Assembly (NCBI GenBank): GCA_047150005.1 | Contig: AP038806.1 | Coordinates: 832,001 to 896,000, forward strand | Length of the DNA: 64,000 nt | Reading direction: 5' to 3' | Source: Nitrospira sp. | Lineage (GTDB): Bacteria; Nitrospirota; Nitrospiria; Nitrospirales; Nitrospiraceae | Part shown: in pieces, positions 20,557 through 29,582 of the stretch | Position numbering within the stretch: the stretch's first letter is position 1 | Layout of the letters: every line of letters starts with the position of its first letter | Position numbers and translations under genes: made by a program | Notes under the pieces: generated by a model | What the model saw: only the letters and a program-made list of their open reading frames with translations | What the model was told of the DNA's origin: nothing | The model's database searches: none

Positions 20557-22485
20557 ATGACCGATCGTTCCGGAATCACCCGCCGAGACTTTTTGAACGG
20601 AGCCCTCCTTGCGCTGGGTTCTACGTTGTTGCCCCCGTTGGCGCTGGGGAATGACCTAGACCGATGGCTGACCGACGACGACTATCCGCCGAGACGTACG
20701 GGACTGCGGGGCAACCATCCGGGAGCGCTCGAAACGGCTCATGCACTCGCCTGGACCGGAAAGCGCGACTGGGGAACGGTGACGGAACCCGATGGATCCG
20801 ACTATGACCTGGTGATCGTCGGCGCGGGGATCAGCGGGCTTGCGGCGGCCTGGTTCTACCGGCAGCAACAGGGTCCGCAGGCCAAGATCCTCCTGCTCGA
20901 AAACCACGATGATTTCGGCGGACATGCCAAACGGAACGAGTTCGTCGTCGACGGACAGATTCGCCTCTCCTACGGAGGCTCACAGACGATGCAGGCCCCC
21001 GGCCGATACAGCCGCACCACCGCCTCCCTCCTGCAGGACCTCGGCGTGAAGCTCGACCGGTTCGTGTCGGCATACGACATGACGTTTTTCCAGCGTCACG
21101 CGCTGCGCCCCGCCACCTTCTTCGAGGGCAAGACCTACGGCAAGGCGTCGTTGGTTCCGTACGCCTTGACCGATGTGAGCTGGGGAGTTCCCGGCATTGC
21201 GCGATCCACGCTGTCGCCCGAACAGGCCGTCGAGCGGATGCCGCTGGCGTCACGCGCGAAAGAGCAGCTCCTGCGGATCGTGACCGGCGGCGACGGAGCA
21301 TTGGACCGGGTCAGCGCGGAGGCTCGGTTCAGCTATGCTCGCACCACCCCCTACTTCACGTTTCTTCGCGAGCAGCTCCAGGTGGACGATCCGGACGTCT
21401 TCCGTGTGCTTCGAAGTCTGCCGGCCGAATACACCGGCCAGGGGGCCGATACGCTATCGACCCTGGAAGCGCTGGCGCTCGAGTTGCCCGGAATCACGGA
21501 GCGGGCGGTCGCCGATCGGACGCGCGCAAGATCCGGCCGTGTGACGCCGGATGAGACGGAGCCCTACATCCATCACTTCCCCGACGGCAACGCCTCGGTC
21601 GCTCGTCTTCTGGTCCGACGGTTGATTCCGCACGTCGCCCCCAGCTCGACGATGGACGATGTGGTGCTGGCTCCGTTCGACTACGGCCGGCTCGACCGCC
21701 CCAACGCCGCCGTAAGACTCCGATTGAACAGCACGGTCGTCCACGTCACTCACGAAGGACCTCCGCATCAGGCGGACCGCGTGTCGATCACCTATGTGCT
21801 CAAGAACCGCGCCTATCGCGTCCGGACCAAATACTGCGTGCTGGCCTGCTACAACATGATGATCCCGCATCTGGTTCCAGAGCTGCCGCAGGAGCAGAAA
21901 GACGCGCTCAGGCAGGCCGCGAAGGCTCCCTTGGTGTACAGCACCGTCTCGCTCAGAAACTGGCGCGCCATCCGCGAGGTGGGCCTCGGAGCGGCCGAGT
22001 GCCCCGGAAGCTTTCATCAGTCGGTGCTGCTGGATTATCCGATACGGATGGGCGGCTATGGATGGTCGGATGATCCGGCTCATCCGATGATTCTGACGAT
22101 GATCCATGTGCCGCTCGCCGATCACTACGGCACTCCGCCGCGCGAGCAGTTCCGGCAAGGCCGCGTCAAACTCTTCAGCATGCCCTTCGCGCAATTCGAA
22201 GCCGCCGTCAAGGAGCATCTCGACGGCATGTTGGGGCCGGGCGGATTCCATGCGGACCGCGATATTCAGGCCATCACGGTGAACCGGTGGGCCCATGGCT
22301 ATACCTACCAGGGCAGCGCGCTCTATGACCCGGATGTGACGGAGGAACGTGGTCCTCACATCGTGGGACGGCGCCCGCTGGGGCGCATCACGATCGCCAA
22401 TTCCGATGCCGGAGCCAGAGCCTATATGGATGCGGCGATCGACCAGGCCAGGCGGGCGGTCCGGGAACTGCCCGGATCGTCGTGA
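20557..22485 (+). CDS. Tat-exported FAD oxidoreductase (spermidine dehydrogenase-like)
   Basis: ITRRDFLNG Tat motif, YPP..TGLRG.HPG, VGAGISG, DDFGGHAKRNEF, ITVNRWAHGY, RITIANSD. Confidence 0.85.
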   Translation: MTDRSGITRRDFLNGALLALGSTLLPPLALGNDLDRWLTDDDYPPRRTGLRGNHPGALETAHALAWTGKRDWGTVTEPDGSDYDLVIVGAGISGLAAAWFYRQQQGPQAKILLLENHDDFGGHAKRNEFVVDGQIRLSYGGSQTMQAPGRYSRTTASLLQDLGVKLDRFVSAYDMTFFQRHALRPATFFEGKTYGKASLVPYALTDVSWGVPGIARSTLSPEQAVERMPLASRAKEQLLRIVTGGDGALDRVSAEARFSYARTTPYFTFLREQLQVDDPDVFRVLRSLPAEYTGQGADTLSTLEALALELPGITERAVADRTRARSGRVTPDETEPYIHHFPDGNASVARLLVRRLIPHVAPSSTMDDVVLAPFDYGRLDRPNAAVRLRLNSTVVHVTHEGPPHQADRVSITYVLKNRAYRVRTKYCVLACYNMMIPHLVPELPQEQKDALRQAAKAPLVYSTVSLRNWRAIREVGLGAAECPGSFHQSVLLDYPIRMGGYGWSDDPAHPMILTMIHVPLADHYGTPPREQFRQGRVKLFSMPFAQFEAAVKEHLDGMLGPGGFHADRDIQAITVNRWAHGYTYQGSALYDPDVTEERGPHIVGRRPLGRITIANSDAGARAYMDAAIDQARRAVRELPGSS

Positions 22486-23255
22486 AGACCTTCAGAACGA
22501 AAGGACGTCCGATGATCGATCCCTTGATGTTGCCCAGCGTCCTCCGACAGCGGCTGTCCCGTCGGGATGCGCTCGCCCTGCTGGGAAAGAATGTCGCCTG
22601 CCTGGCCACTGCGAGTCTTCTGTGGCCCCGGCGCGCCGCGGCAAGCGGTTCCGACCCGCTCTGCGTCGTCCGGCCGGCACAGACCGAAGGGCCGTATTTC
22701 GTCGATGAGCAACTGAACCGATCGGATATTCGCTCGGATCCGACGGAGGGAGCAATCAAGCCGGGAACGCCCCTGGCTCTTACGGTCGTAGTCTCCCGCA
22801 TCGGCGGCGGCACCTGTCGTCCTCTTGAAGGTGCGCACGTCGATATCTGGCATTGCGACGCCATGGGTCTGTACTCCGACGTGGAGGATCCGCGGTTCAA
22901 CACGACCGGCCACAAGTTTCTCCGCGGCTATCAGATCACCGATGCCAAGGGCGAAGCCAGATTTCTGACCATCTATCCCGGCTGGTACGAGGGACGGACG
23001 GTGCACATTCACGTCAAGGTCCGCACGGCTCCCATAGCGGGGAAGAGTTTTGAGTTTACATCGCAGATGTATTTCGACGACACGTTCACGGATCGCGTGT
23101 ATGCCGCCGCACCCTATGCGTCCAGAGGTCCGCGCACGGCCCGTAATCAGGATGACCGCATCTTCCGGCGCGGTGGCGACCAGCTCATACTGGCTCCGAC
23201 CCCGACGACCGCTGGGTATGCGGCCACGTTCGCGATCGGCCTTCAATTGTCTTGA
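22482..23255 (+). CDS. Tat-exported intradiol ring-cleavage dioxygenase-family protein
   Basis: SRRDAL, TEGPYF, DIWHCDAMGLYS, LRGYQITD, TIYPGWYEGRTVHIHVKV. Confidence 0.88.
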   Translation: MKTFRTKGRPMIDPLMLPSVLRQRLSRRDALALLGKNVACLATASLLWPRRAAASGSDPLCVVRPAQTEGPYFVDEQLNRSDIRSDPTEGAIKPGTPLALTVVVSRIGGGTCRPLEGAHVDIWHCDAMGLYSDVEDPRFNTTGHKFLRGYQITDAKGEARFLTIYPGWYEGRTVHIHVKVRTAPIAGKSFEFTSQMYFDDTFTDRVYAAAPYASRGPRTARNQDDRIFRRGGDQLILAPTPTTAGYAATFAIGLQLS

Positions 23256-23387
23256 CGCGCCACGTAAGGATTCAGTTGCTGTTCAGCACAGGTCGGAGGA
23301 AGACCGGACTCATACCCAGAGAAAGAGTGGAGAATCTCTCTTTCCCGAACGCATGAGTCCGGTTTCCGACCGATTCATAACCTGGAC

Positions 23388-23891
23388 TCATCCGGCGGCA
23401 CCAGGGTCGTACACGTCATCAATCCAGTAGTCGCATCCTTGGATCTTGCAGGGCGGCCCCCCTTCATACGGCTTCTGCAACGTGTGGTCCGGTACACTCA
23501 TCGGCATCTGGTTTTCGATTCCCAGTTCGAGCCCCGACGTTGCAGTATCCGCGTCGGCAGGCTTCACCGCCAGCACGAAATTGTAGATCTCGTCAGCGGC
23601 GACATCGTTGATTCCGTGTTCCCGCGTACTCAGCATCTTGAGGAATCGGTCTGTCTCGGTTCTCACGCTTTGCTGATCATGGTTGGCCACTCCATCCCGA
23701 ATGACTTTCAGCTGCGCGAAATAGGGGTCGAAATTCGATGCAGGATAGGTGTTTTTTTCAAACGACATCATGGTCCAGATTTCTTCGACCCAGGGACCTG
23801 TGGCGAACGCGTGCACCGCGGAAACCAGGACGAATGCACAGGCCAGGAGCCACAACCGCGTGGCGGTTGTACCCGTAAGTTTGATGTTCAT
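23388..23891 (-). CDS. Hypothetical exported protein
   Basis: Signal peptide ending AFA; AAGGAGG RBS. Confidence 0.7.
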   Translation of the reverse strand: MNIKLTGTTATRLWLLACAFVLVSAVHAFATGPWVEEIWTMMSFEKNTYPASNFDPYFAQLKVIRDGVANHDQQSVRTETDRFLKMLSTREHGINDVAADEIYNFVLAVKPADADTATSGLELGIENQMPMSVPDHTLQKPYEGGPPCKIQGCDYWIDDVYDPGAAG

Positions 23892-24289
23892 GTCGGCCTC
23901 CTTTGCGTGTTCGGAGGATGTGCTCGAGTAGGCATGGTTCCCATGGCATGCGGAGCTGGCATCAAGTCCAACTCCGGGGCCGACGATGCGGCGGAGCCCG
24001 TGACCGGGAGGTCAAGACAGGTGGCACGCCCTCTTCCCTTCCTGAAGCACACAGCGATCACTTATGGTAGACGCGCGAGCACTTGGAGAGTATCGCCGAA
24101 AAGATGGATTTCACATACATCGATGGAGTGAGAGCCGCACGACATCTCCAGGCAGCAGGCGGCCTCTGACCGAAGGCATCTTAAAAGCGACGCGCACATT
24201 TGGCCTACAATCAATGACCGCGCAGCGACGTGACCGACAGGTCGGTCTCACACCGACCTCAACAACTCGCTTCGGTGGCTTGAATTCGG

Positions 24290-24540
24290 AGCAGCACTAC
24301 ATTTCTTCAATGCATCTTCCTCGGCTTTGCTCTTTGGAAGGATCTCCTTCTAGATCGGCGTCAAACCGATCAGGCTGAGCTCGAAATCTTTCAGTTCCGA
24401 TCCGGCCGCCTTGAGAAACTGAGCCGGCATCATGATCGCGTGATCATCCTTGGTCTAGTTCTCGTGCGTCTTCACATTCGATTTGGCCGCCCGCCCACAT
24501 CAGGATCCCGATCAGAATCGAGCGAATGGCCGCGCTCAGC
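24290..24540 (-). pseudogene. Degraded fragment resembling DUF3365/Tll0287-like heme proteins
   Basis: Manual translation ...THEN*TKDDHAIMMPAQFLKAAGSELKDFELSLIGLTPI*KEILPKSKAEEDALKK with two in-frame TAG stops. Family recalled from memory. Confidence 0.45.
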
Positions 24541-24586
24541 GTGTGGGACCTCCGATTCCCCCGGACCAGCGCTCTCCGGCAGGGTT

Positions 24587-25012
24587 TCAGCAATCGTCAT
24601 GGGTCCACTCGCGGAGGGTCGCTTGCCGATCGAAACGCAACCTATATTGGTCGCAGTAACTTTCCCCCGGACCATTGAGGTCTCCTCCCGTGTTTGTCCA
24701 GACCTGGTAGCTCCACATTGTTTCGCCATTTGACAACGACTGAGCGACTTTCGGAACCCCCAGCCGCCGCTTGACTTCGCTTTGAGTGGCATGAATCCTC
24801 TGGGCTTTCTTCAGATAGATCACCTCCTCTTCTTCGAACAACGCGCACCCGGCCAGCAAGATCAATAGAGAGGCGATGGGCACGACGTTCCTATTGCTCC
24901 GCGGGGTGGGGCCATGTGTAGGACCCATCATCTGCTCCGGCCTACACGATCCATTCGACATGTTCGATTCCCATCGAAGCATGCAGGAGTGCGGGACTCC
25001 TGTGACCGACAT
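24587..25012 (-). CDS. Small lipoprotein (SmpA/BamE-like fold possible; start uncertain)
   Basis: Lipobox LLAGC; TQSEVKRRLGVP...GETMWSY...YRLRFD...LREW. Confidence 0.6.
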   Translation of the reverse strand: MSVTGVPHSCMLRWESNMSNGSCRPEQMMGPTHGPTPRSNRNVVPIASLLILLAGCALFEEEEVIYLKKAQRIHATQSEVKRRLGVPKVAQSLSNGETMWSYQVWTNTGGDLNGPGESYCDQYRLRFDRQATLREWTHDDC

Positions 25013-25350
25013 TATAAAATTCCTCGTAGAAGTTTACGGATGAGATTTGATAATTAGGGCGCACACGTCACCAAAGAAGCCCCGCAAGCAGCGCGTGAAG
25101 AGGTTGTCCTTACGGAGGGCAAACCGACACTCGTGTTCCTTAGCGTGGCACCTCGATGCCCAGTCGGAAGGTGATCTGTCCCACCCAAGCTCATTGGAAA
25201 CGTGCGATCCCGTACATCTCGCACTGTGCGAAAAATCGATAGAGACGACTGACTCTCCCATTTTCTCGGACAACCGGCGTTCAACAAGAACTTTATCCAA
25301 TCCATCCGTGGCCTTATGGCCCATTCCTGAAGGATGGACGACCGGGCTGC

Positions 25351-25366
25351 CGGATCATGGATTGCA
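25351..25366 (+). promoter_or_regulatory. Putative sigma54 promoter (-24/-12)
   Basis: CGGATCATGGATTGCA = GG-N10-GC, about 56 bp upstream of small ORF 25421; matches the 20212 site. Confidence 0.55.
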
Positions 25367-25420
25367 TGTCCTTGGCGATATCCCACGTGGATGGGTGCCC
25401 AATAGCTGAGGAGTCCTCTT

Positions 25421-25519
25421 GTGAAAACGTGGTTTGGTAAGTGCGGCGATCGGGAATTGCTCGGGGTGATGATCGGACTCTTCGGCTTGTTCGTGATCGG
25501 GTTGAGCCTGAGCGGTTAG
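25421..25519 (+). CDS. 32-aa single-TM small protein (copy 2)
   Basis: GTG start; MKTWFGKCGDRELLGVMIGLFGLFVIGLSLSG*; GAGGAG RBS; 20/32 identical to copy 1. Confidence 0.75.
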   Translation: MKTWFGKCGDRELLGVMIGLFGLFVIGLSLSG

Positions 25520-25638
25520 CCGGAGACTCCCGCCCCCTCTTGCGTCGCTCTCACCGCCTGCCTGAGCGAGTCCGGCTACCCCGAATCGCTCATTGACTCC
25601 GCCCTTCGGAGTCCGTAGCCTGTCTCTCGTTGCCCCCC

Positions 25639-26922
25639 ATGCCCCGCAAGCAGATCGTGATCGTCGGAGGCGGATTCGGAGGCTTGACCGCCGCCAGGCA
25701 GCTCCGTCGTAGCGACGTCGTGCTCATCGATCGGACCAATCACCATCTCTTTCAACCTCTGCTCTATCAGGTAGCCACGGCCGCCTTGTCGCCGAGCGAC
25801 ATCGCCTGGCCCTTGCGCACCGTCTTTCGCTCCCAATCCAATGTGCGGGTGGTCATGGATGACGTGCTGTCGGTCGATCGAATCGGCCGGGTCGTGCATG
25901 TGCGGCACAGCCCGCCGATACCGTTTGAGGTGCTCATCCTGGCACCCGGCGCCCGGCACGCCTACTTCGGTCACGACGAGTGGGAGGCCTCGGCACCGGG
26001 CCTCAAGACGATGACCGATGCCGTGCTGCTGCGTCAAAACATGCTGCTGGCGTTCGAGGAAGCGGAACGACGGGCCGAGGCCGGCTCACGGGAGCCATTG
26101 GTCTTCGTCATCGTGGGCGGAGGACCGACGGGGGTGGAACTGGCCGGCGCGCTGGCGGAAATCGGACGCAAGGCGATGGGGCCGGATTTTCCCGCCTTGC
26201 ATCTCGACGACCTCTCGATCGTGCTGGTCGAAGGCGGCCCGCGTCTGCTCCCGGCATTCAGTCCCGATCTCTCGGCGAAGGCCGCCGCAGCCTTGATCCG
26301 CATGGGCGTCACCGTGCGGCTGAACAGTCCGGTCCGGGGAGTGGACCGCGGCAGCGTGACCGTCGGGGCGCAGGTATTGTCCGCCACAAACATCATCTGG
26401 GCCGCAGGCAACCGGGCGTCGCCCCTGCTCGGCACCGTCGGCGTCCCGCTGGATCCGTCCGGGCGGATCAAGGTGGAACCGGATTTGACGATTCCCGGAG
26501 ATCCTTGGATATTCGCCATCGGCGATGCGGCCCATTCTCCGGGCACAGACGGGCGACCGCTGCCGGGGCTCGCCCCCGTGGCGATGCAGCAGGGTCGCTA
26601 TGTGGCCGAACTGATCACGGGCGGGATGCTTCCCGAGCGGCGCCGGCCGTTTGTCTATCGGGACCGCGGCATGCTCGCCACCATCGGTCGCGCCAGGGCG
26701 GTGGCGCAACTCGGCCCGATCCATGTCGCCGGCGTCCTTGCCTGGCTGCTCTGGTGCCTGGTCCACATTTTCTTTCTGGTGGGATTCCGCAACCGTGTGC
26801 GTGTCATGTCGGAGTGGATATGGTTCTACCTGACGTTCAAACCGGGGGCTCGACTCCTGTTCGAACGGCCACACCGGTTCGAACAGGCGCACCAGGCGCC
26901 GCCAGGTGAGCGACCTTCGTAA
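25639..26922 (+). CDS. ndh: Type II NADH dehydrogenase
   Basis: VGGGFGG, NHHLFQPLLYQVATA, VGGGPTGVELAG, AIGD, LAPVAMQQG, ATIGR. Confidence 0.9.
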   Translation: MPRKQIVIVGGGFGGLTAARQLRRSDVVLIDRTNHHLFQPLLYQVATAALSPSDIAWPLRTVFRSQSNVRVVMDDVLSVDRIGRVVHVRHSPPIPFEVLILAPGARHAYFGHDEWEASAPGLKTMTDAVLLRQNMLLAFEEAERRAEAGSREPLVFVIVGGGPTGVELAGALAEIGRKAMGPDFPALHLDDLSIVLVEGGPRLLPAFSPDLSAKAAAALIRMGVTVRLNSPVRGVDRGSVTVGAQVLSATNIIWAAGNRASPLLGTVGVPLDPSGRIKVEPDLTIPGDPWIFAIGDAAHSPGTDGRPLPGLAPVAMQQGRYVAELITGGMLPERRRPFVYRDRGMLATIGRARAVAQLGPIHVAGVLAWLLWCLVHIFFLVGFRNRVRVMSEWIWFYLTFKPGARLLFERPHRFEQAHQAPPGERPS

Positions 26923-26955
26923 CCGTGGCGGGCGGAGCAGCGCTACGCGCCAGCG

Positions 26956-27702
26956 TCAATTGGGTCGGAAGAGATCAGGATGCTCGGCCTCCCGGCCCGA
27001 GTGCATGCCCACGCCAACCAAAGACTGAAAGGGGGCGTTCAGGGAGGCGCGTTCCGCCTCGCTTCCACGAGTGACATCCAATAAGAGACTCTGTTGGGCG
27101 CGAAGCAGACTCTGCAAGCGCACGACGCGCGCAGCCACACGCGAGAGTTCCTCCTCTTCCGCACGCAGCTGCTCGACCAGCTGGGCGTGCGATCGTGCCA
27201 GTTCACGGCGAAACGACTGCTTCGCTTCAGAAGGCTGCAGGAAATGGAAGCCTCCGTACAGATCGAAGCGCGCCATAGAAAATCCCGAGGTCGGCGCATA
27301 GTCCGAACGCTTCTCCGCCCGCCGCCGAAACCGCTGAACCATCCTGCAAGCGACATCCTGTGCCATCCCGAGCCCGCGTTGTCCGGCAACCGCCAAACCC
27401 TGTCCCAACCAGACCGCTCCGCGCACGCCCGAATCTTTCAGTATGATTCCACACCGTCTCATTCGCGCCCCGAGGTCGACGCGCCGGAGGCCGTGGAGAG
27501 AAGCCTGCCAAGCGGCTCGGCTTTGCCGGCCCAGCCAGACCGCGAAGGCATGACATCCGCTTTCGCAAGCCCGCACGGCTTGCCAACACCATTTCCTCAG
27601 AGGGGACGGACGCAACGAAGAGGGATATTTGACCTGCAATCCTCCGGGCCTGATTCGGAGTTGCTTGATGGGTTGAGGTCTGGAGCCGACCCGATGGTTC
27701 AT
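26956..27702 (-). CDS. Hypothetical protein with C-terminal coiled coil
   Basis: 248-aa ORF with GGAGG RBS; no recognised family. Confidence 0.45.
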   Translation of the reverse strand: MNHRVGSRPQPIKQLRIRPGGLQVKYPSSLRPSPLRKWCWQAVRACESGCHAFAVWLGRQSRAAWQASLHGLRRVDLGARMRRCGIILKDSGVRGAVWLGQGLAVAGQRGLGMAQDVACRMVQRFRRRAEKRSDYAPTSGFSMARFDLYGGFHFLQPSEAKQSFRRELARSHAQLVEQLRAEEEELSRVAARVVRLQSLLRAQQSLLLDVTRGSEAERASLNAPFQSLVGVGMHSGREAEHPDLFRPN

Positions 27703-28300
27703 GCGGCACCTCCAAAATAGTAGATCGTCAGCATGAGCAATCAGCCTTCGAGTGATGTAAATGCACCGGCGGGCCCGCCTAGACTGTGGAGAAACCGCCC
27801 TGGGTTCGGCGCATGGCGCAACCCTGACAATCTCAATCCACCTACTACGAGAATCGGAAGCGAGGCGTGCGCCTCACCGGAGAACGGACATCAACGGAAC
27901 GGATGCCTCCACGGAGGATCGCATCCATGTCGATAGGCTGGATACATGAGCAGACCGGACGAGACCGTTTGACATCCGGCAACTTGCGGCAACGCTGTCC
28001 AACCTCCTGTGTCCATAGGGTATGTCTACCGATCACCGATCAAATAGTCAATGGGGCTCGGGTCCTCCCTCCTTCCAGACCAGGCGAAGTATACGGGCGG
28101 GGCCTCTGACCGACAGAGGCCGTCCGAGCCTCCCAGCCGCGGAAAAATGAGCGACTTCGCTCTCCGAGCACTGTGCAGGACCGAAACACGTGCATTTCCC
28201 CTTGGAGCATGGTCGCCGATCCGGCTGCGCAAGCCGCGTATTTCCTGAGGATTCGTAACGTGCGACCGCACGCATCAATATCCCAAGACGCCCATGCGAC

Positions 28301-28316
28301 GGGAACGGGACTTGCT
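28301..28316 (+). promoter_or_regulatory. Putative sigma54 promoter
   Basis: GGGAACGGGACTTGCT = GG-N10-GC, upstream of gene 28401. Confidence 0.5.
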
Positions 28317-28400
28317 CTAACGCAAGACCTCGTGAGTTCACGTGCCCCCCGTACTCAACCGCACGATCGAACGCCTCTCTTCAACGAGAAGGAGGACCCC

Positions 28401-28619
28401 ATGCAGGTCGCACGACTAGCCGTTGACCAGATCCTCGAAGCGGTGAGCGAATATCCTGATTGCACGCTGGATGAGTTGGTCCAACGTCTTCCGGACTTTC
28501 ACTGGTCGGACATCTTTCTCCAAGTCGATCAGCTGAGTCGTACCGGCCGGTTGCGGTTGACCAGGACCGGGTCGGGATTCGTCACCACGCTCCGTGTGTC
28601 GGCACCGCAGTCCGCGTAA
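28401..28619 (+). CDS. Small hypothetical protein, winged-helix-like
   Basis: AAGGAGG RBS; MQVARLAVDQILEAVSEYPDCTLDELV...WSDIFLQVDQLSRTGRLRL. Confidence 0.7.
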   Translation: MQVARLAVDQILEAVSEYPDCTLDELVQRLPDFHWSDIFLQVDQLSRTGRLRLTRTGSGFVTTLRVSAPQSA

Positions 28620-28963
28620 GCACGTTCGCGAACCGGCGCGAATATGAGATGGAAACCGGTGGAGGCGCTGGCGGCAGTTGCCCCTGTCGACCAGCATTGA
28701 TCTCTCCGTTCTTCCTGGGAGAGACCTCCACCGCATCCTCATCCTCTCCGTTCCAGCCTTACGGCGCTCGTCGCTTGCCTCCGTACCGCGAGACCGTAGG
28801 CCGGGGACCCTGTCCGCATCACCGGAATGCCCGTCGCGCACCACCTCGGGTCGGCCTGCTGTTCGGGCTTCGCCCGGAAGAATGAGGCTTGAGCTTTTTC
28901 ACATGAGCAGGTACCATCCCGCCGATCGGCTTTACTTATCCACGCAGCAGGGAGGAGACGGGC

Positions 28964-29449
28964 ATGCGCATTCCAGAACAGAGAGCCGTCGTTTTTGTGG
29001 CATTGTTGGGATTGATGGTAGGGGGTTGTGCGAGTGAAGGGACTATGGGAGGTGGGAACGGATCCGCATCCGGCTCGACGCCGGCCGCCGCGACAGGTTC
29101 GGCTGCTCCGGCTTCCGGCGCCGGAACGGCATCCACAGCACCGAAGTTCGCTACGGCCGAAGCGGCAGCCAAGTCGGTCCAGACCGATACCTTGCGCAAC
29201 TGTTTGGCGATGATTCCGTCCAATGCCTCGCCGGGAGCGAAGCAGGTGGCGGAGGAAAGCTGCAAACGAGACGAAGCCGCTCGGGCCAGCATTGTGGGTA
29301 CGGCTGCCACGAAGAGCAATGATCGGGTCGCGTCCGGTACGCAGGGCGACACGCTGGAAGCCTGCATGGCCCGCATTCCAAAGGACGCCAGCGCCGGACA
29401 GCGGATGTTGGCCGAGCAGAGCTGCCAGCGAGACCAGGCAAACCGCTGA
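28964..29449 (+). CDS. Lipoprotein with two internal Cys-paired repeats
   Basis: Lipobox MVGGC; DTLxxCxAxIPxxASxGxxxxAExSCxRD occurs twice. Confidence 0.8.
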   Translation: MRIPEQRAVVFVALLGLMVGGCASEGTMGGGNGSASGSTPAAATGSAAPASGAGTASTAPKFATAEAAAKSVQTDTLRNCLAMIPSNASPGAKQVAEESCKRDEAARASIVGTAATKSNDRVASGTQGDTLEACMARIPKDASAGQRMLAEQSCQRDQANR

Positions 29450-29470
29450 ATCCGTATTTCGCTTCTTATC

Positions 29471-29510
29471 CGGTGTCTGAGAAGTTCTCTTCGGAATTTC
29501 TCAGACACCG
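29471..29510. terminator. Long hairpin between convergent genes
   Basis: CGGTGTCTGAGAAGTTC-N6-GAATTTCTCAGACACCG, near-perfect 17-bp stem; no clear U-tract. Confidence 0.6.
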
Positions 29511-29582
29511 CTCCTCTTGAACCGCCCTCCCGATCCTGCCAGACCCAAACGGAGGCCGACGCTTAGAATCCGCGCGGCGTTT

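Noticed and set aside
25034..25409. Three overlapping short ORFs
   Set aside because: No family motif or convincing RBS; the region overlaps the small-gene promoter.
27733..28400. Long intergenic stretch, possible ncRNA or short ORFs
   Set aside because: No recognisable RNA structure or coding signal; probably upstream regulatory DNA.
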